Assembly: GCF_024521635.1 (NCBI RefSeq)
Contig: NW_026250411.1
Span: 992,001 to 1,056,000, forward strand
Direction of reading: 5' to 3'
DNA length: 64,000 nucleotides
From: Tricharina praecox
Lineage: Eukaryota
Part shown: one piece after another, positions 24,191-36,873 of the stretch
Position numbering within the stretch: the first letter of the stretch is position 1
How the letters are laid out: the number at the start of each line of letters is the position of its first letter
Made by a program: the position numbers and the translations under genes
The notes under the pieces: model-generated
Told to the model about the DNA's origin: nothing
Database searches by the model: none
Seen by the model: the letters and a program-made list of their open reading frames with translations, nothing else

Positions 24191-27100
24191 CGCTAAAGCC
24201 CAGCTCAAGCCCACGGCTCCACCCACCACCCACCTACACAACAAGCGGGCCCGGGGGGGCGGGGAGTATCTGGTGGCCTTCCTGCACTTCCATCGCTACT
24301 CACCTCCTACTCACCTCCCACCTCCTACCGATATTACATGCGTTGTTGGTGGGTGGATAGTCAGTTAGTGGATGGTCAGTTGGTGGATTATCAGTTGGTG
24401 GAGGGCTGTTGGGCCGTGGAGGCCTTCTGCTAGCACTATATCTAGCATCTAGTATACTATGATAGTGTATAGTAGGCAGTAGATGACGATGACGACGTCG
24501 CTGCTCGTCTGCTCGTCTGCTGCTGCTGCTGCTGCTGCTGTTGCTGTCTGTGAACTCCCCCACCCCCCACGCACCTCCGAGACGTCGACGGACGGAGGAC
24601 GGACGAACTGACCGCTTGTACAGTACTTGTACACCTCACACTGCCGGCGAAACCTGGTCCCCTCCGCCGACGTGGACGGACTAGTTGGACACACCAAGTT
24701 GAGTAAATTGAGTATAGCACCACCGAGATGGATCATGTATGTACTCTACTTATGTATGATCTGGCCCGGCGGGGCGATTCACTATGTATGTACAGGACCC
24801 TACACAACTGTTCCCGTCACGAGTGAAAGAGTGGTCCAGGCCAGGTTCTCTCCACTCTCCACACCTAAGCTGAGCACAGTACTGGCTGAGCAGAGCAGAC
24901 ATGCAACATACCAGCTGGCTGGCTGGCTGGCTGGCTGGCTGTCTTACTCTTACATTGTCACTAACTATACTCTACATAGTACTCTAGTATGATACCGGGT
25001 GCTCCGCTGGTCAGTTGTAGGTAGGTCATAGGTCATAGGTGGGTAGGTCATAGGTAGGCCACCTATTCGCACTATAGTACCGGGATATGTGGAGGACTTC
25101 GGAGGGGTATTCCAGCCATGTCTTGCCTGTCTGCTCGGTCTCGTTCATTCATGTCTCAAACCCTCACCCCTCCCAGCGAGAGTCATGATTCAGGATTCAG
25201 GATTCTGGAATATGCAACTACCATATCTACTCCACCTACGTACAGCCGTCCCCGTCTCGCCGCGCATGCCGATTGTCCTGCAGGGCTATGTATACCCAAA
25301 TATCCCACCGCCAAAAAAGCAAATTCCTCGTAAAAAATTGCGGTTGCGGTTGCGGGCGATCTAGGGAGCGAGTGCAGGAGTCCGTCAATCGGCCCATTCA
25401 CGTCACTGGAACTGGAACGGAAGGGTCGGGGTAGGCGGGTGGGCGGGGGGGGCGATATTAGTGCTTACTTTTTGTTGTGACTTGGGGAAATGGGTGAATG
25501 GGCGGACCACGTTTTTGGGAAGGGATGAAGGTGGAGGAGGATGGAGGGGAGGGAGGAGATCTGGGGACCGTATGGGACCGGCAATAATCGCCGTATGTAT
25601 GGGCGGGCTATAGACGGACGGAGGGGGGCCGGTAGTTGCCTGTGTAATTGGACCAGACTGGAACCCTGTGCGGGGGTTCGTGTGGAGATATGTTTGTGTG
25701 TTCCGGTACGTCGGGTACGGCGGGAGCATCACGGGCGTTGGCGAATCCATGTAGGAAGGAAGGAAGGAGGGGAGGGGCGCAGAGGGGAAGGAAGAGGCGA
25801 GCAATATGTAGAGCGTGACTGGGACTGGCGGGGATGCATGGAGAGTCTTGGGTATCTAGTGGCTGATCCACTCACTCCCTCGCACTCATCCCATCCCATC
25901 CTTCCGTTCCGTGCATTCGAGGCGGCCCCTGCCTTCCTCCCCGACGGAAGGAAAGCGAGCGAAAAACCCGTTTATGCGTCCAGGCAGGGAGGGAAGAGGC
26001 GTCTCGATCTCGCAAAAAGCAAGCAATGTGCAAGCAATGCAAGCACAAAGTTAAAAGCAAAGTACATGGAAAGCCAGGCGGGCAGCCGTTACCAACAACT
26101 GTGCTTCCTCTCCCCTCCCTCTCAACAACGAGGAACGATGTCGGCACTTGTTCCACGGGGTCCTAAATTTCCAGCGGAGCAGCAAGCAGCCCTATGTTGG
26201 CCCCCTACTACACATGCACGCAGCATCCCGCACAGGGACGGAGGGAGGAGAGGGGGTAGCTATCAACGCAGCCACCCTCTATTATCCCTTCTTCCCTTCT
26301 TCCCCTCTCTTCCTCTCCCCTCCCTCCCATCGTCCCCCCTCCCCTTCGGCAGTCAGTTCAGTCGGGTCCTGTGCTGCCGTGGACTGAACTGCCGAGTCAT
26401 AGGCGCGGTTGTCCGCCGCGCCTGGCATCTATCTGGCTGCTGGTGGCTGGTGGCAGGCGGACGACGCTGGAGAGATAGCTGAACGAGAGGTCCGGTACAT
26501 GCCGGTGCGAGGTGCCGCTCGGTAACAACCAGAAGTAAGCTGTGAGCGCGGCTGCCCGCTTTTCCCCTCGATCCATGCGAGTGAGAGGATCGCCGCATCG
26601 GCTCTTTTTTCTTTCTTTTCTTTCTTTTTTCGCGGCGCCGTGGTGTTTTAGAGTACGGCTGCTGCTGCTGCTGGTGGGATGGGTGAGCGAGTTGTTGTCG
26701 TGGTAGGGCTCAGTGCATCGTCGGAAAGCCGAAGGGGATGGATAGCCGCAGTACGACTGTGTCGTGCGCGTGTCCGTGGGGAAACATGCGGCGTATATGC
26801 CCTGTACGTCTGTAGATTCTTGCCCAAAGGAGATCCGAGCGGCAGGCGTATGGAAGGATGGGTAAGTGGGTAGTCGTATTATCATGCGTCAGCTCTTTGC
26901 TTTCATTCATTCTTTCCTTACCGTGCGTACCGCACAATAGATTGCGTTGTGGCTCGACGTCGTACCAAGCTGTATGCAGAGGGCGCATTGATTTTGAGTG
27001 CGTCGTCGTCTGTTGCCGCGCCGTCTAGATCTCGCTCCCGCCCTCAATTTTGCGGGTATCTGAGATAGATAAGGTTATTATTAAAAATCCCTTGGTTTTT

Positions 27101-29319
27101 TCTCCGCCTAGGATGATCTGCGGAATCAAAGCAGGGTGAACGATCATCAGGCAAACCACCCTGGAAAGAAATCCAGGCTGAAAAACGAAAATTTGAGGAC
27201 CGAGTAAAGAAAGTGCCGCTGCACGAGACAACTGCCAGCTTCGAAACCCCGCCCACAGTGCCAGCCGCGTCGTCATCATGATCGTCTTGCGTTACGTATC
27301 CGAAGGAGCACTATTGCAGCGATGGGAGGCCTATGGCTTCATCGTGCTTGTTGTGTTTCCCCCCTCCCAGGCACAGGGTCACTTAGTTTTTTATTTTTTT
27401 TGCAGATATCGCCGTTTGCTAAGAACGATGTGCGGAGCCTGGTGGTGCGCCCCGCTCACCCGTCCACGGGTGGAGACACTGGCGATGGATCGAATGACTC
27501 GATCCCACCGGCGTCCTCTATGGCGCGATGTTGGTCAGCTTTGATTCGCTCTGCCCCCCCCCGTTGAACGTAACTGCTGATTGCGGTGCGGTGCGGGGCA
27601 GTAAGAGCTATAGCAGAGGCAAATATAATAAGCTGTGCTCACCCATCGAACCGTAGGGTATGTGTGTATACGCACCTAGGTATGTACACCATAGCACCAT
27701 GGTAGGAAGTCCCTTCCCCCTCCCATCCTGGATTCACCCTCAATGTCTGACATGTGGCCAGAGAAAAAAACACACAGCATCGCGGTCACCATCACACACG
27801 TATGATTCATGGTATCAACTCGTGCCAAAAGCCTCGCCCCTGGAGGAAACACGTATCGAAGCTTCGTTGGCAATAGTAAGGTTTTTTTTGCTGCTCCTGT
27901 GACTCCTCCCTGTGTTCCGAGAGATGGTTGCTTTCTCGGCACAATTTCCTAATAGATACGAACCCCTCCCTATAATAGGTGCTCCGAGGGGGGAATTATG
28001 ATATGATGGAGGACCAGCCCTCCCTCCCCAGTGTCGAGTCTCCCAGCTCCCGAGCTGTGTCGAGCCTAACAAGACGTGATAGTTTTCGGAGAGACGCAGG
28101 CAACCGTCGACAGTTCTTGCCGTCAAACGACCGCTCTCGCTAGCACCCTATCGTGTGATTCGACCATCGTCCAACTGCCGTGGAATCGCGGAAGATGGCA
28201 TCATGCCCCGACGCATCTACAGTGCCATCCATCGATAGGTACGTGGGGAATCATCAGTTGAGGTTGTAAGTAAAGATAAGCCAGACCCTCAAATTTCGGC
28301 CGGCACAGCCCGCTACCCCGGATGGAAATGTGCTCCTGACCGCTGGGGAGTCGTGATACCGAGCCCTTTTTTCTTCGTACTTGTCGGGAGGCTGCAGCGA
28401 CGAGACGCTCACGTCCAATCACTCGGGTGCTGTGGTACCGGGATGCTGATCGCCCGATCGGGATCCCGATAGACGAGGGCGTGGGATCGGCGATGCCGCC
28501 ATGACCGAGCGCCGAAGATAGCCGCCGAGCGGCGATCCGAAAAGGCGCAGGACCGCAGGTGCTGCTGCGGAACAACCCGAGCCGCGCTAACGGATCGATC
28601 ACTAATCAATCGCGACGAGAGTGGCGTGCGGCGGCGTGCGATGTGGAAATGACTACGGGTATCGTTCCAATCAGCAGTGCGTGCGCATAGACACCCGTCC
28701 TTTCGCGTCGCGGCTCTTTGAGATGCGCTGTGTGTGGAGCAGCGACCAGTGAAGGAGGACGCAATCGGATGACTCTGCTCGGCATCGCATTGCTCACGGG
28801 GGAAGAGGGGCGACGACGCACCTAGCACGCAATTCCGGGCCAAGAGTGTGAGGATGCCACGTGCGCCGGGCGGAGGCCGTAGAGCATGTAGGGTAATTCA
28901 GTACTTATTGATCAGTAACTAAGCGACGGCCTGCGAACCGAGCCGCACGCAAGGACGAGCGTGCAACGAGAATCGCCAAACAGCGGTACTCGTCGCGACC
29001 GTATGTAATCGGGGAGGGGGAGGGGGGGCTCTTTCGGAGCAGAATCGGCCATCGACTGTCAGCAAGGAAGGTTCGTGCGCGGCGGCGGAGTTGCGCGTTG
29101 TGGGGTAAGATAGAGTGAAACCGGTCCCGCAGTTGCGAGCGCGTATATGTAGGGAAGTGGTCGCTGGTGGCTCGTCGGAGATCAGCGGACTTCGGTGGAA
29201 TCAAAGAAAAAACGCCCGGCTCTGAATTGGTAAGCGGGCTTCGAGCCAGGTCGTTTGACTCCACCCTCTCCCTCCAGAGTTTGTAGCCCAACTCCGGGTC
29301 CATTCCAGAGCTCTGCCGC

Positions 29320-29392
29320 TTCTGCTTCTGCTTCTGCTTCGTTGAATGGTGCCTTGACTTCCTCTGCTTCGTTGAATTGTGCCTTGACTTCC
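29320..29392. repeat. (TCTGCT)n followed by a ~30-bp tandem duplication TCTGCTTCGTTGAAT(G/T)GTGCCTTGACTTCC, upstream of gcs1
   Basis: Read directly. Confidence 0.85.
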
Positions 29393-29767
29393 TATACTAG
29401 CCCCCCCATCTCCCATCTACAGGTAAGCTTCCAGTCACCTACCTATATCCTCCTTCAAAGTGCTCATTGAAATTCATCCATTCTATCCAGCCAACTCGCA
29501 CCCCGTCCCCCACTACAGTTCCTATAAACAACGACCTAGTGGGCACGTTGTTTTGCCCGTAACGAGAGACATCCGCCGCCTACCGAAAATTAGCTTGAGC
29601 CGCAATCACTCAGCAACCTCAATCGGATCCCCGCCCCCAATAACTGCGTACTCGGCCATTACATATATCCCTCCCCCATCGATTGCGGCATCCGGCTCCT
29701 TCTTTCGTGATCGATACCCATACCATAGAACCCGCCTCCCAAGCTCTTCAAATCGGCAGATACAACC

Positions 29768-32368
29768 ATGGGCCTCCTGTAAGGCTGCATCTCCCATCCC
29801 ATCCCGTTCCCCGCCTATCCCCCGCAATTTAAACTCGGAAACTCACCCGTACTCTTTCCTTTAGGGCTCTCGGGACTCCGCTTGATTGGGAGAATGCGAA
29901 GCAGCGTGCCGACCAAGTGCGGACTCTCGGAATCCAGGTACGCACCACCCTTTCCCTCTCCCCGTCCGCGCTCTTCGTGCCATCGTGTTGCGAACCCCCC
30001 GAGAGAGAGAAAAAAGAAAAAAAAAGGCGAAATACGAAAAAAATAATTCTCCTATTCTTCCTACGCACGAATGAATATATGTGTGATGTGGCGCCTGACT
30101 CGGGGACGGTTTCTTCTGTAATAGCAACTCCTCGAAATATGGAATGCGTATCGTGGAAACGAGCGAGACATTTTGCTGTGGGGTGATGAGGTCTGTGGCA
30201 TCCCGCCTCCCCCTCCATATATTCGTGTCTCAGCGGCGCAGGAAGCTGACATGCCTCAACCCTGCGTGATCAGATCGAGTACCTCGTAATTGCCTTCGAC
30301 GAAGAGACAAAAAATGCATGTCTTTCTTTGAGGCAAGCCGAAATCCTCGAGGCCTTGGCTGCCGATGGCAAGCTGAGGGCCGCCGGTGGAGGCGTCCCGG
30401 AACTGCAGGATGTTCTACAAGAGTCTGTCCGACCTTGCCATAACGTGCCTTCTGTTGCGATTGTCTGATGGGAGGCTGTGCGACAGAAAACCAGAACCGC
30501 TGCCGACTTTCCACCCCGAGTTCGGCCGGTTCATGCTCGAGGCCACTCCCGGCGCGCCTTTCTCGCTGGCGTGGAAGGACCTGCTGAGTGTTGAGCCGAA
30601 CATGAAACTTCGGTAAGGGACTGCAATCGACACGACCCATCGTGCAGGAGGACATTTGCTCATCGTTCGTTGTGTGGATCAGGAGAACCATCGCAAAGCA
30701 GCACATGGCTGCGAACGAAGTGCCAATCACCATTCCGTCCTTCCCCCGCCTCGGTACGAAGGGTGTGTTTACCAACCCGTATTACCCTCCGACCGGGCCC
30801 CAGTCCCGCAGCCAGTTCATTCCCGATGAATGCATCAACCCACATATCCGCTTTCCAACATTGGCCGCAAATATCAGGTCTCGGAGGGGCAGCAAGGTGG
30901 CCATCAACATGCCCGTGTTCTACGATGACAACACGCCAAAGCCTTTCAACGATCCCACAATAGACTATGATAGACATCTGTACCCGGAGGATGACGACGT
31001 GAGGAATGGCGCAGCCAAGGAAGGCCACATCTACATGGACGCAATGGGGTTCGGAATGGGCTGTTGCTGCTTGCAGATCACGCTGCAGGCGAAGAACATC
31101 ACCGAAGCACGCACCTTGTACGATCAGCTCTGTCCACTCGGGCCCATCATGCTGGCGTTGACGGCGTGTGCCCCTGTCTTCAAGGGCTTCCTTGCCGACG
31201 TCGACGTGCGGTGGAATGTTATCTCTGGGGCTGTCGATGACCGCACCGAGGAAGAGCGCGGTATCAAGCCTCTGGAGAACAACCGGTGGAAGATTCCTAA
31301 GTCGCGGTACGATTCCGTGTCTGCTTATCTGTCGGAGGACCCCCGCCTGCGCCCCGAATACAACGACCTCGATTTGGTGGTCGACGAAGACATCAAAAAG
31401 AGGCTAATAGACAACGGTATACCCCCTCTGCCTCGTATTTATCATGCGATCAGCCTTGCTAAGTCATTCATGAAGGAATGGATGAACGGCTGTCGACACA
31501 TTTCGCTCACCTGTTCATTCGGGATCCCATTGTCATCTTCCAGGAGACATTGGAGGAGGCTCCAGAGGGGAAAGCAGACCACTTTGAGAACCTCCAGTCC
31601 ACAAACTGGCAGCACATGCGCTTCAAACCTCCACCACCAGGCGGAAACATTGGCTGGCGTGTTGAGTTCCGAAGCATGGAAATCCAGATGACGGACTTTG
31701 AGAATGCTGCATTCTCCATCTTTATCGTCTTGCTGACCAGAGTGATGCTCTCGTATGGCCTGAACTTTTACATTCCTATCTCCAAGGTTAGCTGCACCTC
31801 CTGCCAAAGGCGTACGCCGTTGTAAGAATAAGAAGGAAGGGCACATACTGATGGGCCTTTGCAGGTGGATGAGAACATGACAACCGCGCATTACCGGAAC
31901 GCCGTCCTTGCGAACAAATTCTGGTTCCGCAAGAACCTCTTCCCCCCAGCGCCCATCTCCAACCGCAACTCACCGTCGGGCAGCCGTGCACCCACGCGGC
32001 CGGTAACGCCTGTAGCAGTGGAGGATGAATACGGGCTCATGACCATCGACGAGATCATGAACGGCACCGGCGAATTCGTGGGACTGATACCGCTGATCAA
32101 CTCGTATCTCGACACGGTAAATGTGGATGTCGTCACGCGCTGTGAACTCGCGGGGTACCTGGCGCTGGTGTCGAAGCGTGCCAGTGGGGAGCTGCAGACG
32201 GGCGCGACATGGATCAGAGAGTTTGTCAAGGCGCACCCGGAATACAAGAAGGACAGCGTGGTTAATGAGCGCATCAATTACGATCTTATGAAGGCGGTCG
32301 AGAAGCTGGGGTGCGACGGATACCTGGAAGGTTTAGGCGAGAAGCTGCTGGGACGTCGGGACGAGTAG
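29768..32368 (+). CDS. GSH1: Glutamate-cysteine ligase catalytic subunit (gamma-glutamylcysteine synthetase), about 8 exons
   Basis: Spliced N-terminus MGLL|ALGTPLDWENAK. Motifs LLWGDE|IEY, FHPEFGRFMLEATPG, IYMDAMGFGMGCCCLQIT, KSRYDS, HFENLQSTNWQHMRFKPPP and GWRVEFRSME. Stop TAG at 32366-32368. Confidence 0.96.
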
Positions 32369-34509
32369 GGGGCGGATGGGGGGAGGTAGTAGACACCGGG
32401 TGAATGGTGATGATGTGACGGACGTACAACACACTTAGATGATAGATTTTCTTCCTTCTTTTTTCTTTTTTTTCTTTTCGGTTTTGTGAGGACGAGCCTG
32501 TTGAGTAACGGTAACCCGAAGGTGCAATTACAAGTGCATAAAAAATGATTTTTGGCCGAGTTCAGTGTTTGCATATGGGTTCTTGACGGAGTTCTGCTGC
32601 GAGTGTGTTGCTTTTTCCGCAGCATTCAGAAGGGGGGATACAAGCCATCGACGGGGAAGAGATGTGTTTCCGGTGCTCCAAAAAGCGCTTACCTACTAGT
32701 ATTGTATGTATCGATTGTCTGCCAAGTATGCGGTCGGAGTTGGACATCACATCAGGTACGCTGCTCCACGAGCCATGACTCGCCATCTCCCTCTCAACCA
32801 CCGCAGCCCATCGACCGCCCCCCCCCTCCCTCTGTCTCTCGGATCGCCAACCACCGCTTCCAACACTCAGTCCAATAGTTCACCACCAATCTGCCCCATC
32901 CCCGGCCCCCGCACACTGGGCACTTTCTCTGCATTGGCTCTGCACTGGTACAGCACGCAAAACCAACCACATCAACACATCAACACATCAAACGCACCCC
33001 CCATCCCGCATCGGAACGGGAGAACGCATAATATCTACGAACCTACAGACCTGCAGAGACTGGGGGCGCTCGACGAATCACAACGCTCCGCTCCGATCCT
33101 GCGGGGGTATGCGGGATCGTATGCTATCGTATTTACGTGACGGGGCGGGGGAGGGGAGCCTGGGGGGCGGACGGATAGGTTAATTACGTAGGTGGCTGCA
33201 GGCACAAGGGAGGGAGGAGGGACGGGGGGCGAGGGAGGGGGAGGGGTAGTATCAGCTGGGCGTTCTGGACCGGTCCGTGCGGCCTGGGGGTGCTTTGCGA
33301 AATATGGGGAGATGGGGAGGGGGAAGAGGGCGAACGGGGATGCTCCTGCGGGTTCGAAGCTTGACCAGTATGTATGTAGGTCCCCACCGGCCACCACCGG
33401 GGCTACTCTACAAACGAACGAACGAACTGATGAACTGACAGGCAGCGGGTGATGGGTGATGAGAGGTGGTTGGAGGGGGGGGTATAGAGCACCATCTCTA
33501 TAGCATCTCTACGGATACCCCCCTTCTCTGCACCTTCGCAACGCAGCTGTGCAGCGTGCTGTCCACAATCTCGCCCATGTCCCTGCCGCTTCCGGCCGTT
33601 ACATACTTATTTGCTGGCATCCACCCACCAACCCACCCACCCACACCCACAAGTGACCCACTCCCCCTCCCCGGATCCCAGTCATCTGGTTCGCAAGTCC
33701 AGAGTCGTGTCGTGTGTCGTGTGTTGTGTCGTGTTGGCCGCGACTCGCTCGCTCGCTCGCAAGACAGACAGACGGAACGGGACTGGGCTGGCTGCAAAAC
33801 TGGCTGCGAGCAAAACTAACTACCGTCCAATCTATGTTTGAGCTCCTAGGTCCATGGTCATATGTCGGTAGGCGGGGAGCGGGTTGGGTGAGGGGAAGGG
33901 GGACAGAGCTTTTGCACTTTTGTGCTTCCCGACGATGTCCGGAGGGGCTCGACTATCGTGCTCCCGATGCATCGAGGCGTGTGTGGATGGCTACTGGCCG
34001 CTGGCATGGCATGGCATGGATTGTTGGATTGATGTCATGTGATGGCTTGGGGGTCCGTGGGTGACTTGTGGTGTGGCAGGTCGCAGGTGGCAGGTGGCAG
34101 GTTGCGAGGTTGCGAGGTGTGGCATGCGAGTGATGCCTGGCCGGTCCGTCTTGGGGAAGATCCGCTGCGGACCTGCGGTGGTGAGTGATCATGGATCGAA
34201 CGAGATGGTGTTCTTGGTTTTTTATACTATTCTGTGTTTGGCCGTTTCCGGTCACGTTGAATCCTGTATGCCCGAAAGTCCTATTCGCTTCTTCCGCGTT
34301 GCCATAGAATCGACGGAATGACATTGTGACGTGAGGGATCAATGTGATGGTTCTACAGTGGTACTGCGAACTTGGTATATGGTGACAAAGAAAAGAAAAA
34401 GAACAGACAGGTAAAAAAACACCGTGACGAAATCAGTCAGAAGAAGCAATCAACCTTTCAAGCGCCTGATATCCCCAATCCCCAATGCAAGGAACAGAAA
34501 ACAATCTAT

Positions 34510-35155
34510 CTACTGCTTGTTGATGTCGGCCTCAACACCCCTCACATTGGTCTTTCCCTGGTCGTGCTGGCTCTGGTAGGCACCTATTCGTTACGCATCA
34601 GTCCACATCCTTTCACCATCATCACCCGTCGGGTAGGTAGTAAACTCACTCTGAGCCTGAGGATTTCCCGTGATTCCCGCAACGACCGAACCGATAGCGC
34701 CAGTGACCCTGTCAGCCGCGCCACCAACATAGTCCTTAATCTGACCGGCGGCCTCGCGTCCCTGGCCCTCATCGTTCTGGCGGCGGCCCTCACGGACCAG
34801 CGCATCGTTGCCGAGGGTGTTGCCCATAAACTCCTTGCCCGAGCCAACGAACTGGTCCTTCTTGCCGCCGATGCGGTCCTCGTTGTCGACGGTTACGCCC
34901 GACGTGGAGAAGTTGAGAGGGCCGGCTTTGGCGCCTGCGCGAGACGCGTCACGCTCGGCGTCAGCGGCGACGTGCTTATCGGCTGCGGCTTGCTTGTCAA
35001 TCGGGTTGCCTGGGAATGGGTTAGTTAGGGATATAATTGGATGGATGGGGCAGGATGGACATACCGGTGATCGAGCCGACGACGTTCTGAACCGTAGCGG
35101 CGGCAGAGTCGACGTAGGACTTGACGGTAGAAGGCTGCTGGTTGTTGGCGGACAT
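34510..35155 (-). CDS. CsbD-like / HMP1 (mismatched base pair and cruciform DNA recognition)-family small stress protein, 3 exons
   Basis: MSANNQQPSTVKSYVDSAAATVQNVVGSIT|GNPIDKQ...GKKDQFVGSGKEFMGNTLGNDALVREGRRQNDEGQGREAAGQ...DRVTGAIGSVVAGITGNPQAQ|SAYQSQHDQGKT...DINKQ*. Both introns are GT-AG. Confidence 0.85.
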
Positions 35156-35402
35156 GATTGTAGATGTGTGTGTGGTGGTGGTGTGTTTGGTTGTTTGGTT
35201 GTTTGGTATGGAGGTAGTTTGTGTTGTGCGTGTGGATTGTAGATGTGAAGATCTGCTGTGTTGTGTGATGGTAGGAAGAGAACCCGGGGTGGAAAGAAGT
35301 CTTTATAGAGATTGACAGCAGAAGCTTGTCTCTCACGATACCAAGTATCTACGGTCTGTAGGTACTTGTTCCTTTGATGTCTCACTTAGTTTGTGGTGAC
35401 GC

Positions 35403-35429
35403 ATGATGTCATATCATAGTATGACGTAA
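35403..35429. promoter_or_regulatory. Paired bZIP/CRE-type elements ATGATGTCAT and ATGACGTAA upstream of the CsbD-like gene
   Basis: About 250 bp upstream of the minus-strand ATG, with a TATA-like CTATAAAG at ~35301-35308 (minus). Function is inferred. Confidence 0.45.
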
Positions 35430-36873
35430 ATACCGGGACGGGCTTTTGAGCTAAGCTTTCCTTGCAGCTCGCCAAAGGGGGGAAAACCCTAGATCAGCAC
35501 CGGGAAAAACCAAGGCAGTGCCGACTCCAAAAGGGAAAGAGAGTCTGGAAACATCATTGACCCGCTGCAGAGGAAGTTCATCCTCGTCATCTATCTACAT
35601 CATACTACCGTACAGGCAGGCGCCATGTGATTCCGCACGATCGTGAACGGTGGTAGGTGTTCTCATCACGATTCACAGCCATTCAACACTAGATAATATG
35701 AAGGCATCGATCGAACATTCCCGTACAAGGAACTCTCGTGGCCGAATCGGCTGCTCGAGCTTGATCCACATCTGGTGCTGTGCTATGACTAGCTGGATCC
35801 AACACATACCTGTATGGGGGCGGCGACAACGGCAACCACTCGTTCCTACCGCAGTCCCGCCTTCAACGGACATGTTCGTTCTCCAGATCTATCGTTTGAC
35901 CACCTTCCCTTAGTAAACCTCACCACCTCCGCCCCCACGGCCTCCAGAAACCTCCTCGACCTAAGTATTCTACCTAAACAGACGTGTTCTTTCGCACCCC
36001 AACAATCTATGCGGTTTTCAAAGGATGTCCATTGGGATAGAGGGGATGTATCAAGACATCGACGAGGGCAAAGCGGTTTCCATTGAGGATGACTCGGTGG
36101 CAGAGCTTTCTTGGCGCATTACCGACGCCCACCAATCCACAAACATACATACCCCATAAAGCGATAGGTACCCGGAGGAGATGGAGTGTGTGTGCCTATT
36201 GTCCCGAGATGAAGAAACCTTAGGTATGTGTGTACGTCTCGAAGCTGGAGGAGCTGGAGGAGCTGAAGGCTGAAGCGGAGATCCCAAACGCGGGACGGAA
36301 GGAAGGAAGAGAAGAGAAAACCGCTCCACGTTGAGCGGTTGTTGTTGCCCCTTCGTTCGCTCAAGGCAAACCTTGGTGGTCTCGAGATCGATGTGAAGGA
36401 TTTGGGCAGGTTGTTTGGGCGGCACCGCCTTGAGGCCGAGATGGCAGACATCATCACTCTTTTTGCTGCGGCGTGACCGTGAGTTGAGATGTTTATTATC
36501 TTTACATTTTGTAGATGGAATGGCGGGGTTTAACTCCATGTAACGGTGGTTTCTCGAGTCGAGGGGCGATTAGGGGCTTCTGTTTAATCATCATTGCATT
36601 CGACCTTTTGGATCATCGTAGTTACATAACCTGTTCCACTCCCCACTGCCCTGACCGCTGGCCGCGAGCTCGATGTAGGTTCCCCAACGCTCTCCACCCA
36701 GCTCATGATTAGGTGGTTTGCCTACACTTCACGTGGGGAACATTCCTCAATTGACATCGACGCATTCATGTATCATTATTTACACCACCACCACCACTCA
36801 TCTCTGCACAATAGATAGAACTTTTGAGCAAACCCAAACGCCAACAGGAAATATGCAAAATATGACTGCAGCA

